A stretch of 64,000 nt of DNA from Candidatus Latescibacterota bacterium. GTDB taxonomy: Bacteria; Latescibacterota; UBA2968. The notes beneath the pieces were generated by a model. The model was given only the letters and a program-made list of their open reading frames with translations, was not told the DNA's origin and ran no database searches. Numbering within the stretch: the stretch's first letter is position 1; each line of letters begins with the position of its first letter. The translations under genes and the position numbers were made by a program. The stretch covers positions 4,000,001 through 4,064,000 of the forward strand of contig OZ242320.1 in assembly GCA_965208125.1 (NCBI GenBank). Reading direction: 5' to 3'. Below, piece after piece: positions 44,982 through 55,372 of the stretch.

Positions 44982-46214
44982 ATGCTCACTTCCGACCTTT
45001 TGCTCGTGCGCCGTCGCGGGCCTTATATCGAGCCTCGCTATGTGGATACTACAGCGCCCAATATTATCGCGCTGGCAGAGGAAATTATCGATATTTTTAC
45101 CGATCACCAGGGCAAGTCGCGCGGTGAATTACACAGCGCTCTGGACCTGCGTGCGGCCGAGGCAACGGATTATCGCGTTCAACGCGGTCTGACGAAATTG
45201 CTCGAAGATGATCGCTGTGAGTTTCGCATTGACAGCATTGTAGAACCCGAAGAAATTCGCACACAGGTTTTTGGTCTCAGCCGAGAGAATCACCCCGTTG
45301 TCCGCGAACCCGATCTTCTCTATCCCGTCACACGCGAACACATTCTCGATCAGGTCGCGCTCAAATATCAGACCTCGTCGGAAAATATCGCGCATAGCCT
45401 CTACGCAGACCTTCCCGTCAATCACTATCTCGATCGCTTTGACGCACCCGATCCCGCGTGGTTGCTCAACCGCTACAATGTCGCACTCGCGCAGGCGATG
45501 TTCTATCGCTGCACCCGCATGCGACTCTCGGTGCATCGCAACTTGCCCGTGCGCTACAAACAGCTCTTTAAGTTTATCAAATTTTATCGTTTGATACACG
45601 ATATCCGCGGCGACCGGGATGCGGGATACGAGATCGTTCTCGACGGTCCCGTAAGTCTGTTTCGCCTCTCGCAAAAATACGGTATTCAGATGGCTGTTTT
45701 TTTGCCTGCGTTGCTCTTGTGTATCCGCTGGAAAATGGAAGCCACGGTCAAACTCAAAGATGGTCGCGAAGGCGATTTTGTCCTGGATGACAACCACAAT
45801 TTGATTTCGCATTACAAAGATCAGACCATGTACGATTCTCTTCTCGAAGAGACCTTTGCTACGCGCTTTGAGAAAGCCAGGACCGACTGGGAACTCGAAC
45901 GCGAAACCGAAATTGTGAATCTCAAGAATACGGTCTTCATTCCCGATTTTGCATTCCGCCATCCCGATGGTCGCACGGCGCTGCTCGAGATCGTCGGTTT
46001 CTGGCATCCCGATTATCTGAGGCGCAAACTCGACAAACTCCGCCGCGCCAATCGCAAAGACCTCGTCGTCGCTGTCTCCCGCGATCTCAATGTCCAGGAA
46101 GAAGATTTCGAGGATGTGCCCGGACATGTCTTCTTTTTTAAAACCCGAATTCAACCCCAGGATGTCGTCCAACGCCTCGATCAAATTAGTCCCGAAGACT
46201 GCGTAAATGATTGA
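44982..46214 (+). CDS. DUF790 family (Bax1-like) nuclease
   Basis: 'MLTSDLL', 'YNVALAQ', 'LDGPVSLF...KYG', 'YDSLLE..FA', 'IPDF', 'LEIVGFWHPDYL'. Confidence 0.88.
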   Translation: MLTSDLLLVRRRGPYIEPRYVDTTAPNIIALAEEIIDIFTDHQGKSRGELHSALDLRAAEATDYRVQRGLTKLLEDDRCEFRIDSIVEPEEIRTQVFGLSRENHPVVREPDLLYPVTREHILDQVALKYQTSSENIAHSLYADLPVNHYLDRFDAPDPAWLLNRYNVALAQAMFYRCTRMRLSVHRNLPVRYKQLFKFIKFYRLIHDIRGDRDAGYEIVLDGPVSLFRLSQKYGIQMAVFLPALLLCIRWKMEATVKLKDGREGDFVLDDNHNLISHYKDQTMYDSLLEETFATRFEKARTDWELERETEIVNLKNTVFIPDFAFRHPDGRTALLEIVGFWHPDYLRRKLDKLRRANRKDLVVAVSRDLNVQEEDFEDVPGHVFFFKTRIQPQDVVQRLDQISPEDCVND

Positions 46215-46323
46215 ACATTGCGCGGGGAAATGGTATATTTGAAACTTCTGTCCTGTTCACAGCATCCCAAAATAGACAGACCTGCAAAATTCACAACACG
46301 GTTCACTTTCAAAGGAGTGCATT

Positions 46324-49221
46324 ATGCGGCAATTATTCGCCCTTACCCTTTTCGCTCTTACACTGATAGTTTCACCTGTTTTCGCCGGGTTTACGCGCGT
46401 TAATGCGCCCAATCCCGACGATCCGATGAATGTACATATTTACAAACTCGATAATGGCCTTGCGGTTTATCTCACCGAAAACCACGAAGAACCGCGTTTT
46501 TATGCCGAAATCCCCGTACGTGCGGGAAGTAAACACGATCCCGCCGAATCTACGGGTCTGGCGCATTACCTGGAACATATGCTTTTTAAGGGTACGCAAA
46601 ATATCGGGACATTGAATTACAAAAGAGAAAAAGCCCACATTGACCGCATTATTGCGCTCTACGAAGATCACTTCCGCGAAACCGATCCCGAAAAACGCAA
46701 GGCCATTTATGCAGAGATCAACAAAGCATCTCAACAGGCTGCACAATACGCTATACCCAACGAACTCGACAAACTCTACAAAGCTATGGGCGAGAGTGGC
46801 TTGAATGCACACACCTGGCACGAAGAAACCGTGTACAAAGTGGGGTTGCCCAGCAATTATCTCAAACACTGGGCAAAAATTGAGTCTGAACGGTTTCAAA
46901 ATCCCGTGTTTCGCCTGTTCCAACCCGAACTCGAAGTGGTATATGAGGAAAAGAACCGCACATTGGACAACAAAGGCTGGCTCATCAGCGAGGCTGTGAA
47001 TAAACATCTATACAAAAAGCATCCCTACGGCCAGCAAACCACGATTGGCGAGGTGGAGCATCTCAAAAATCCCTCGATTAAAAATATGTACCAATTCTAC
47101 GACACTTATTACGTGCCCAATAATATGGCGATTTGTATTTCGGGCGATATTGACATTGACGCGACTATTAAACTGATTGACGAACATTTTTCAGCATGGA
47201 AAGCCAAAGATATTCCCGTGCTCCAAACATGGGAAGAACCACCCCTTAAAGGTGCTGAGCGCGTCACGGTTAAATTTCAGGGTGAAGAATACGTACTTCT
47301 GGCTTTTCGCACAAATCACCGCAGCCATAAAGACGCCGAAGCTCTGAAGCTGATTGATATGATTCTGGACAATCGCACAGCGGGGCTTATCAATCTCAAT
47401 CTCGTGCAGCAGCAGAAAGTACGACGCGCGGGAAGTTATCCCTACTTGCACAATGATTACGGCACGCAATATCTGTGGGGCATTCCAAAAAAAGATCAAA
47501 CACTTGCCGAAGTTGAGCAATTGCTGCTGGATCAAATTGCCCTGATCAAACGCGGGGAATTTGACGAAAGTCTGCTGTCTGCGATTGTCACGGATTTTAA
47601 AAAGAATCAAAAACGAGGTTTGGAATCCAATCGCAGCCGGGTCAGACAAATGACCAGTGCGTTTTTGGGATTTGCCGAATGGGGCCACGAGGTCGCTGAA
47701 ATTGCCCGTATGGAAAAAATCACCCGAGAAGATATCGTGCGTGTAGCCAATCATTATTTTGGTGAGGACTATGTTGCGGGCTATCGCATTGACGAACAAC
47801 ACGAGTTGCCCAAAATCGACAAGCCCAAAATCGACAAGATTGATATTGATCCGACTCGGCAATCCGAATTTGCAAAAGATGTGCTGGCTATGTCTGCCGA
47901 TGAGCTTTCTCCCGTTTTTGTCACCGATAAAGACTATACCATTGCACAGGTGCGGGACGGTGTAAAACTCTACTATGTGAAAAACCCGGTTAATGATCTC
48001 TTCACTTTTACGCTGAGTGTAGATATGGGGACGTATCAGGATAACCGACTCAGCACGGCCAGATCGCTTCTGGATAAATCTGGTGCGGGCGACCTGGCTC
48101 CCGATGCGCTGAAGAGAGAATGGTACAAACTGGGTACGGATTTCAATATTGGCGTGTCAGATAATGAGACCAATATCAGCATTTCAGGCTTAGATGAAAA
48201 TTTTGGGGCTTCTCTTTCACTGATGATGAAATACATCCAGAATCCGACTGCTGATCAGGCCACGCTCGATGAGCTCGTCAAAATCACCCTCGCGCAACGC
48301 GAAGATGAAAAGAAAGATCCCCGGTCTTTGCGCAATGCCCTGCGTTTGTACAGTCGTTATGGCGACAATTCCTCGTACAAACGCCGCATTTCTTCTGAGG
48401 CATTGAAAAAGCTCACGGTTGCAGAATTGCACGGTTTGATATCCAGCCTACCGACCTATGAACATGTCCTGATTTACGGTGGTTCAAGGCCGATGGACGA
48501 GGTTCTTGCGACACTGCAAAAACACTTCTCTGATAGTGGCGAACTGAAGAAGTCCCCTGCTTATGAACGTCTCGTAGTTCACGCGCCAGACAAAACCGAA
48601 ATCCGATTCTTTCACAAAGAAACAGCCCAGTCTCAGGTCTTTGTCGAGTCTGGAGGCGTAGTGTTCGATGCTGCACTCCGTCCGGCTATTGATCTCTACA
48701 ATGATTATTTTGCCGGGGGTATGTCGGGCATTGTTTTTCAGGAATTGCGCGAAGCCCGCGCCCTGGCGTATTCTACATTTGCGCGGTATGACCTCGGCGA
48801 TCGCAGCAATGATCAGAATGTCCTGTGGGGATATATTGGTTGCCAGGCGGACAAAACCCCGGAGGCTGTTGCTGCACTGGTCGAGTTGATTGACGATTTG
48901 CCCGAATCTCCCGAGCGTTTTTCAGAAGCCAAAAATTCTGTGGTTAATCGCTATCGCGTCGCCAAGATCAAATACCGCGAGTTGCCCGGCGTGTTGCGTA
49001 TTTGGGAACGTCGCAACCAGACGCCCGATCCGCGAAAAGAGCGGTTTGATCACATTCTTCAGGCTGAGATGCCGGTTGTGTTCGATTTCCACAAGCAACA
49101 TATTGCCAAACGCCCCAAACTTATCTCTATTATGGGCGACACGACCAAATTTGATCTCAACAGCTTGAGCACTCTCGGCACGGTTACGCCCGTGACACTG
49201 GATGATTTGTTTGTGGACTAG
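46324..49221 (+). CDS. M16 (insulinase) family zinc peptidase, exported
   Basis: signal peptide; HxxEH 'AHYLEHMLFKGT'; 'ELREARALAYS'. Confidence 0.93.
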   Translation: MRQLFALTLFALTLIVSPVFAGFTRVNAPNPDDPMNVHIYKLDNGLAVYLTENHEEPRFYAEIPVRAGSKHDPAESTGLAHYLEHMLFKGTQNIGTLNYKREKAHIDRIIALYEDHFRETDPEKRKAIYAEINKASQQAAQYAIPNELDKLYKAMGESGLNAHTWHEETVYKVGLPSNYLKHWAKIESERFQNPVFRLFQPELEVVYEEKNRTLDNKGWLISEAVNKHLYKKHPYGQQTTIGEVEHLKNPSIKNMYQFYDTYYVPNNMAICISGDIDIDATIKLIDEHFSAWKAKDIPVLQTWEEPPLKGAERVTVKFQGEEYVLLAFRTNHRSHKDAEALKLIDMILDNRTAGLINLNLVQQQKVRRAGSYPYLHNDYGTQYLWGIPKKDQTLAEVEQLLLDQIALIKRGEFDESLLSAIVTDFKKNQKRGLESNRSRVRQMTSAFLGFAEWGHEVAEIARMEKITREDIVRVANHYFGEDYVAGYRIDEQHELPKIDKPKIDKIDIDPTRQSEFAKDVLAMSADELSPVFVTDKDYTIAQVRDGVKLYYVKNPVNDLFTFTLSVDMGTYQDNRLSTARSLLDKSGAGDLAPDALKREWYKLGTDFNIGVSDNETNISISGLDENFGASLSLMMKYIQNPTADQATLDELVKITLAQREDEKKDPRSLRNALRLYSRYGDNSSYKRRISSEALKKLTVAELHGLISSLPTYEHVLIYGGSRPMDEVLATLQKHFSDSGELKKSPAYERLVVHAPDKTEIRFFHKETAQSQVFVESGGVVFDAALRPAIDLYNDYFAGGMSGIVFQELREARALAYSTFARYDLGDRSNDQNVLWGYIGCQADKTPEAVAALVELIDDLPESPERFSEAKNSVVNRYRVAKIKYRELPGVLRIWERRNQTPDPRKERFDHILQAEMPVVFDFHKQHIAKRPKLISIMGDTTKFDLNSLSTLGTVTPVTLDDLFVD

Positions 49222-49231
49222 GAGTGATCAG

Positions 49232-50323
49232 ATGAAAATTACCGAGGTAAAAACATATTATTTGCGATATCCCTTGCGAGAGAAGTTCGCGATTTCGAGG
49301 GGATGGTCCACGAGCCGCCAGGCGCAAGTTGTGGAGATCGCTACAGATAATGGCTTGATTGGGTGGGGTGAGGGAACAGGCGAAGTCCATCGGTCTGCGA
49401 TTGACGCGCATATTGTGGGGCGCAGTCCGTTTGATTGTGGCGCGATCTATCAGGCGTTGTCCGATGATGGGGTAAGCCCGAAGGCGATCAGTGGGATAGA
49501 TATTGCGCTGTGGGATTTGATGGGGAAGGCTCTCGATATGCCGGTGTATCAATTATTGGGGGGAAAGGTGAGAGACAAGATTCCCGCGTATGCCACCGGG
49601 TTATTTCGCATAGACCGCCCCGATGTGACACAGGCTCTTGTCGATGAGGCAAAAGGCTATGTCGATATGGGTTTTTCAGCGATGAAGATGAAGATCGGAT
49701 TTGGTGCGGATTACGATGTCAAAAATGTAACGGCAATTCGGCAGGCAATAGGTCCCGATGTGTTGTTTGCCGTGGATGCCAATTGCGGGTATGATGTGGG
49801 TACGGCTATTGATGTGGGTCACAAGATCGCACACAATGATTTGTTCTGGTATGAAGAGCCGATACCAACGGATGATGTGCGCGGGTATTTGCAGGTGAAA
49901 GGTGCGTTGCCCATACGCATTGCAGGTGCAGAAGGACTGGCCGGGCGTTGGGCGTTCCGCGAGTTGATTCAGCAGCGGGCACTTGATATTGTGCAGCCCG
50001 ATATTAGCATTGCAGGTGGGTTTAGCGAATGTAGCATTATTGCGGCGATGGCGAGCGCAAATTATGTGCGGGTTTTGCCGCATATGTGGGGCAGTCATAT
50101 TCGGTTGGCGGCGACTGTCCACTGGCAGGCTACTATTCCCGATGCGCCGGATGCGTTGAATCCCATTCCATCCCTGTTTGAATACGATATGACGGAGAAT
50201 GAGTTGCGGACGGAACTGGCTGTAAATCCGATCCAGGCCGTGGATGGCGAATTGCCCGTGCCCGATGCACCGGGATTGGGCATTGAGATTGATCGAGATG
50301 TGTTGGAAAAATACGCTGTTTGA
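49232..50323 (+). CDS. mandelate racemase/muconate lactonizing enzyme family protein
   Basis: 'GWGE', 'DIALWDLMGK', KMKIG, 'VDAN', 'EEP', 'APGLGIE'. Confidence 0.92.
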   Translation: MKITEVKTYYLRYPLREKFAISRGWSTSRQAQVVEIATDNGLIGWGEGTGEVHRSAIDAHIVGRSPFDCGAIYQALSDDGVSPKAISGIDIALWDLMGKALDMPVYQLLGGKVRDKIPAYATGLFRIDRPDVTQALVDEAKGYVDMGFSAMKMKIGFGADYDVKNVTAIRQAIGPDVLFAVDANCGYDVGTAIDVGHKIAHNDLFWYEEPIPTDDVRGYLQVKGALPIRIAGAEGLAGRWAFRELIQQRALDIVQPDISIAGGFSECSIIAAMASANYVRVLPHMWGSHIRLAATVHWQATIPDAPDALNPIPSLFEYDMTENELRTELAVNPIQAVDGELPVPDAPGLGIEIDRDVLEKYAV

Positions 50324-50358
50324 ATTGGCGTTTGATAACACAAACACAAGGAACAGAG

Positions 50359-51525
50359 ATGAAAATTCACGAATATCAGGCTAAAGAAGTTCTCAGGGCC
50401 TTTGGTGTGCCTGTGCCAAATGGCGCGGTTGCTCGTACGCCCGAAGAGGCCGAAGCTGTTGCCGGAGATCTCGGCGGGGCAGTGGTCGTCAAAGCGCAGA
50501 TCCACGCAGGCGGTCGCGGCAAAGGGGGCGGTATTAAACTCGCATCCGATCCTGCCGAAGCCAGAGAAGTGGCATCAGAAATTATTGGCATGCAACTCGT
50601 TACCCCGCAGACTGGTGCTGAGGGTCAAAATGTCAAGTCTGTTTGGGTGGAAAATGCAACGGATATTGACCGCGAATTATATTTGGGTATTGTGCTGGAC
50701 CGCGCGCAGTCGCGTCTGGTTGTTATGGCTTCCCGTGCGGGTGGCATGGATATTGAAGAGGTGGCTGCGACGACGCCAGAGAAAATTCTCAAAGAGGTCG
50801 TTCATCCAGGCGTGGGGCTTCAGCCTTTTCAGGCGCGGCGTCTCGCACTCGGTCTGGGGCTTGAAGGCGATCAGCTCAAACAGGGAGTTGCATTTATCAC
50901 TGCCCTTTACAATGCTTATGAAGAGACCGATTGTTCGCTCGCAGAAATCAATCCTCTCGTTGTGTCCAAAAGCGGTGAGGTTCTGGCTCTGGATGCCAAG
51001 ATGAACTTTGATGATAGTGCGATGTATCGCCATTCTGATATCTATGAATTGCGCGATGTTGACGAGGAAGATCCGCTCGAGGTCGAAGCCTCAAAATACG
51101 ATCTCAATTATATCAAACTTGACGGCGAAGTCGGCTGTATGGTCAATGGCGCAGGTCTGGCGATGGCTACGATGGATATTGTCAAATACGCGGGGTCGTC
51201 ACCGGCAAATTTTCTTGATGTTGGTGGGGGCACCAATGTCGAGCGCGTCAAAAATGCGATGCGTATTCTCACGTCCGACGAAGCGGTCAAAGCTGTGCTT
51301 ATCAATATTTTTGGCGGTATTGTGCGCTGTGACCGCGTGGCTGAAGGTGTTGTTGCCGCGCTTGAAGATATCGAAATCAATGTGCCGCTGGTGGTGCGAT
51401 TGCAGGGGACCAACGCTGAAGAAGGGGCGCAGATTCTCGAAAATTCGGGTCTTGAATTTACCGTTGCCCGCAAGCTCCAGGAAGCTGCCGAGGCCGTTGT
51501 TGCCGCTGTACAGAACGCCGCATAG
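50359..51525 (+). CDS. sucC: succinate--CoA ligase [ADP-forming] beta subunit
   Basis: 'MKIHEYQAK', 'KAQIHAGGRGKGGG', 'NGAGLAMATMD', 'ANFLDVGGG', 'NIFGGIVRCD'. Confidence 0.97.
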   Translation: MKIHEYQAKEVLRAFGVPVPNGAVARTPEEAEAVAGDLGGAVVVKAQIHAGGRGKGGGIKLASDPAEAREVASEIIGMQLVTPQTGAEGQNVKSVWVENATDIDRELYLGIVLDRAQSRLVVMASRAGGMDIEEVAATTPEKILKEVVHPGVGLQPFQARRLALGLGLEGDQLKQGVAFITALYNAYEETDCSLAEINPLVVSKSGEVLALDAKMNFDDSAMYRHSDIYELRDVDEEDPLEVEASKYDLNYIKLDGEVGCMVNGAGLAMATMDIVKYAGSSPANFLDVGGGTNVERVKNAMRILTSDEAVKAVLINIFGGIVRCDRVAEGVVAALEDIEINVPLVVRLQGTNAEEGAQILENSGLEFTVARKLQEAAEAVVAAVQNAA

Positions 51526-51547
51526 ACCTGGAGCAGAGCGTAAAATG

Positions 51548-51581
51548 AAAAGGGGCGCAGGATGACAGTGTGCTCCTTTTT
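51548..51581 (+). terminator. intrinsic terminator after sucC
   Basis: AAAAGGGGCGCA...TGTGCTCCTTTTT. Confidence 0.65.
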
Positions 51582-51596
51582 GCTGTGTCTTATATT

Positions 51597-51629
51597 GACA
51601 ATATGGCAATAATTCGGACAATATGGCAA
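51597..51629 (+). repeat. 13-bp direct repeat GACAATATGGCAA x2 (20-bp period), candidate activator site
   Basis: copies at 51597-51609 and 51617-51629. Confidence 0.75.
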
Positions 51630-51706
51630 ATTTTTTAAAATCGTATAAATCTCAATAATGAAAATAAATACTTATTTTATATCAAATTACAAATTTTTGG
51701 CCTTTA

Positions 51707-51722
51707 TGGTATATATATTGCT
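51707..51722 (+). promoter_or_regulatory. candidate sigma54 promoter upstream of FmdB-dnaK
   Basis: TGGTATATATATTGCT = GG-N10-GC. Confidence 0.55.
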
Positions 51723-51769
51723 TTATAAAACAGATGTACATTCCACCATTCCAAATCAGAGGGTCTGTT

Positions 51770-52075
51770 ATGCCGACTTATGAATATGCGTGTACTGCAT
51801 GCGAGCACGAATTTGAAGCCTTTCATTCTATCACTGCTGAACCCATTCGCCTGTGTCCCGAATGCGGTGAGCAAAAAGTTGAACGTCTCATCAGTGGCGG
51901 TGCAGGTCTGATCTTTAAGGGGTCGGGTTTTTATATCACCGATTATCGAAGTGAAGGATACAAAGAAGCAGCGAAAAAGGATAAAGAAGCATCTAAAGAA
52001 AAAAAATCTGACGCAAAAAAATCAGGGACTAAAAAGACCTCTGAGTCAAAAAGCTCAGACTCTAAAGCAGCATAA
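51770..52075 (+). CDS. FmdB family zinc-ribbon protein
   Basis: 'MPTYEYACTAC...CPECG...FKGSGFYITDY' plus Lys/Ser-rich tail. Confidence 0.93.
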   Translation: MPTYEYACTACEHEFEAFHSITAEPIRLCPECGEQKVERLISGGAGLIFKGSGFYITDYRSEGYKEAAKKDKEASKEKKSDAKKSGTKKTSESKSSDSKAA

Positions 52076-52142
52076 AATATAGAAATTATACTCTATACAT
52101 TCCCATGCTCTGACATGGGCACCAAATAAGGAGAATTTTGCA

Positions 52143-54068
52143 ATGAGCACAGTAATAGGCATAGATCTGGGAACGACTAATTCTTGTGTCGCTGTGATGG
52201 AAGGCGGCGACCCGGTTGTTGTTCCAAATTCAGAAGGGGGGCGCACGACGCCCTCTGTTGTTGCATTTGCACAAGATGGGGAGCGCCTCATTGGTGAGGT
52301 TGCCAAACGGCAGGCTGTGACCAATCCGGCCAAGACCATTTATTCTATCAAGCGGTTTATGGGACGCCGCCGCGAAGAGGTGAGCACTGAGATTTCCGAA
52401 GTGCCTTACACGGTTACGAGTGACGCCAATGGGCTGGCATCTGTACAGCTCGACGACAAGACATATACTCCGCCCGAGATTTCGGCAATGGTGCTTCAAA
52501 AGATGAAGCAAACCGCTGAAGATTATCTCGGCGAAACCGTCACGCAGGCTGTAGTCACGGTTCCCGCATATTTTAACGATGCACAGCGACAGGCTACCAA
52601 AGATGCTGGCAAAATTGCTGGCCTCGACGTATTGCGTATAGTCAATGAACCAACGGCTGCCTCACTGGCTTATGGGCTGGACAAAAAGAGCGATGAAAAA
52701 ATCGCGGTTTTCGATCTTGGTGGCGGTACGTTTGACATTTCTATTCTGGAACTGGGCGATGGCGTTTTTGAAGTCAAATCCACCAATGGCGATACCCATT
52801 TGGGTGGCGATGACTTTGATCAGCGCGTCATTGACTTTCTGGCTGAGGAATTTTTGAAAGACAATAGCGTGGATTTGCGCCAGGATCCCATGGCTCTGCA
52901 ACGCCTTAAAGAAGCGGCAGAAAAAGCCAAGTGCGAACTATCGACTTCCGCATCTACCGACATCAATCTGCCGTTTATCACAGCCGATGCATCTGGACCC
53001 AAGCATCTCAATGTCAACCTGTCACGCGCGCGATTTGAGCAACTCGTTGATGATCTCGTCCAGCGCACAAAAGGGCCTTGTGAACAGGCTATTCGGGATG
53101 CCGGTCTTTCGGCTTCTGATATTGACGAAGTGATTCTGGTGGGCGGTTCAACGCGTATCCCCAAAGTACAGGAAATTGTGCAGGAAGTTTTTGGCAAAGA
53201 GCCTAACAGGGGGGTAAATCCCGATGAAGTTGTCGCCATTGGTGCAGCTATCCAGGCGGGTGTGCTCTCTGGGGACGTGACCGATGTGCTGCTGCTCGAT
53301 GTGACGCCGCTCTCGCTGGGTATTGAAACGCTTGGCGGCGTGATGACGCGCCTTATTGATCGCAATACCACAATTCCATCGAAAAAGGCCGAAGTGTTTT
53401 CAACCGCTGTGGACAGTCAGCCGTCGGTGGAGATTCACGTTTTGCAGGGCGAGCGCGATATGGCGTTAGATAACCGTACCATTGGCAAGTTTCATCTCGA
53501 TGGTATTCCGCCCGCGCCGCGCGGTGTGCCACAAATTGAAGTTACATTTGACATCGATGCAAATGGCATTCTCAATGTTTCGGCAAAAGATAAGGGTACG
53601 GGCAAAGAGCAGAATATTCGCATCGAGGCCTCGTCGGGGTTGTCAGACGCGGAAATTGACAAAATGGTCAACGACGCACAGGCAAATGCGGCTGAAGACA
53701 AGAAGAAACGCGAGGCTGTGGAAATCAAGAATGCGGCCGAGCAGCAGGTGCATCAGACCGAAAAACAGATGGAGGAAATGGGAGACAAGGTCAGCGCTGA
53801 GACGAAGGCCAAAGTGACAGAGGCTGTTGACAAGGTCAAAGATGCCCTCAAGGGAGACAATGTCGATGCGATTAAATCGGCGAATGAAAATCTCACCCAG
53901 GTTTGGCATCAGGTTGCGAGTGAACTCTATCAACAAGCTTCAGCAGACGAGGCACCGCCTCAGGGTGCGCCAGGAGAGCCACCACCAGGTGGTGCAGAAG
54001 GTCCCAAACAAAGCGACGATGGGACTGTTGATGCTGAATATGAAGTCGTGGATGACAAGAAGAAGTAA
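52143..54068 (+). CDS. dnaK: molecular chaperone DnaK
   Basis: 'GIDLGTTNS', 'TVPAYFND', 'DLGGGTFD', '[11 protein letters not shown]'. Confidence 0.99.
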   Translation: MSTVIGIDLGTTNSCVAVMEGGDPVVVPNSEGGRTTPSVVAFAQDGERLIGEVAKRQAVTNPAKTIYSIKRFMGRRREEVSTEISEVPYTVTSDANGLASVQLDDKTYTPPEISAMVLQKMKQTAEDYLGETVTQAVVTVPAYFNDAQRQATKDAGKIAGLDVLRIVNEPTAASLAYGLDKKSDEKIAVFDLGGGTFDISILELGDGVFEVKSTNGDTHLGGDDFDQRVIDFLAEEFLKDNSVDLRQDPMALQRLKEAAEKAKCELSTSASTDINLPFITADASGPKHLNVNLSRARFEQLVDDLVQRTKGPCEQAIRDAGLSASDIDEVILVGGSTRIPKVQEIVQEVFGKEPNRGVNPDEVVAIGAAIQAGVLSGDVTDVLLLDVTPLSLGIETLGGVMTRLIDRNTTIPSKKAEVFSTAVDSQPSVEIHVLQGERDMALDNRTIGKFHLDGIPPAPRGVPQIEVTFDIDANGILNVSAKDKGTGKEQNIRIEASSGLSDAEIDKMVNDAQANAAEDKKKREAVEIKNAAEQQVHQTEKQMEEMGDKVSAETKAKVTEAVDKVKDALKGDNVDAIKSANENLTQVWHQVASELYQQASADEAPPQGAPGEPPPGGAEGPKQSDDGTVDAEYEVVDDKKK

Positions 54069-54086
54069 ACATTGAATTACCACAAT

Positions 54087-54120
54087 AAAACGCCGAGGGC
54101 AAAAGTCCTCGGCGTTTTTG
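54087..54120 (+). terminator. intrinsic terminator after dnaK (likely bidirectional)
   Basis: AAAACGCCGAGGGC-AAAA-GTCCTCGGCGTTTTT. Confidence 0.9.
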
Positions 54121-54179
54121 TTTCAAATATTTGGATTATTTAGACTTCTGGTTCCTGCGGGCGGTTCTCGAACCCGCAC

Positions 54180-54428
54180 TCAGTTGTCGGCATATACGGG
54201 CCTATACAGAATGGAAGCTGGCAGCCTGAACGGGGGCGCGCCAACCCTTCTGATGAGATATGGTCCGCGACCAAAACGCTCTATTGCAACACCAGCCGCC
54301 GCCTCAAATGATTGATATGTTCCAATGAGTTCCTCATCGTGTACGACGACCCACTCACCGAAGTGATCGGTTTCTAACTCGTCGCGCATGCGCTCATAAG
54401 CGGCGATCTCTATACTTAGCTTGGCCAT
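54180..54428 (-). CDS. small DUF5678-like protein
   Basis: 'AYERMRDELETDHFGEWVVVHDEELIG...PYLIRRVG'. Confidence 0.65.
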   Translation of the reverse strand: MAKLSIEIAAYERMRDELETDHFGEWVVVHDEELIGTYQSFEAAAGVAIERFGRGPYLIRRVGAPPFRLPASILYRPVYADN

Positions 54429-54538
54429 ATCAACATTCCTGCGTCATATTTTATCAAGTGGTGGTTTTACAATAAATATGAAGAAACTAATGGTTTGTTG
54501 TCAAGTGCGTACCGGTCAGCAAAATCGCAAAAATTTAA

Positions 54539-55372
54539 TCACGACGCTTTTTCGATTGTCACGCGAATTGCACTCAGGGGTTTGATGAACCGGAACCTGA
54601 CGGTTTTGCTGCGCGTGTCGAATCCGCCTGTGCCAACATCCTGGCTCGACAATTCCCGCAAAAAGTTTGCGACCCAGGTTGTGTCGCGTTGCCATTGCGG
54701 TACGGCATTTCGGATAAATAAACGCACGAGGGCTGCATTGCGGTTCATGTCGGCATCGGAGATATCGAGTACGGTTACCATAATTTCGGATCGCAACAAA
54801 TCGACTTCTGGACCCCAGAACTCCAGTACGACTTGTCCGCTGCCCGTTGCACCAAAATAGCGCGGCTGGCCCTCGAGGGGATCTACTTCTTCCAGTATCA
54901 GATCATCGGGCATCCCCACGATCATGCTATCAATGGATAGGGCACCGGGAGACGGTGGCGTTGCTTGAGGTTCTTGTGTCGCTTGCTGTTCAGTTGTAGG
55001 CTGAGTTGGGCGCGCTGCAGGCCGTTTTTTCCGCGTGCCTGAAGAACGACGCGCGAGGTCTTTTTGCAAAGCTGCGCGCACGGCTGCGGCGTCTCCGACA
55101 TAATTGCCGTGTACCCATCCCTCAGTTTTTCCATCTGCGCGTACATGTAACCAGGGATTGGCTCTTTCGAAAATCTCCAGTTCACGACCGCGCTGTAAGC
55201 GCTCAACCACCTGCGATTTTGTCGTCGGTTTCTCGCGCAGATTCAGAATTGCAACAGTGACATAGACTTTTTCTTTTGGTAATAGATAATCACAACCGCT
55301 TAAACTCGCCATGAGTACACAAAAAAGGCCGACAGAAAATCGGTCGGCCAAAAACTTCGACCTCGCCATCAA
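54539..55372 (-). CDS. SH3b-domain lipoprotein
   Basis: lipobox 'LSGC'; 'LNLREKPTTKS...WLHV...EGWVHGNYV'. Confidence 0.8.
   Translation of the reverse strand: MMARSKFLADRFSVGLFCVLMASLSGCDYLLPKEKVYVTVAILNLREKPTTKSQVVERLQRGRELEIFERANPWLHVRADGKTEGWVHGNYVGDAAAVRAALQKDLARRSSGTRKKRPAARPTQPTTEQQATQEPQATPPSPGALSIDSMIVGMPDDLILEEVDPLEGQPRYFGATGSGQVVLEFWGPEVDLLRSEIMVTVLDISDADMNRNAALVRLFIRNAVPQWQRDTTWVANFLRELSSQDVGTGGFDTRSKTVRFRFIKPLSAIRVTIEKAS

Noticed and set aside
45129-46184. 351-aa antisense ORF opposite DUF790
   Set aside because: Shadow ORF from codon bias; the sense strand carries clear family motifs
51525-52142. CIRCE element upstream of dnaK
   Set aside because: No TTAGCACTC-N9-GAGTGCTAA match seen
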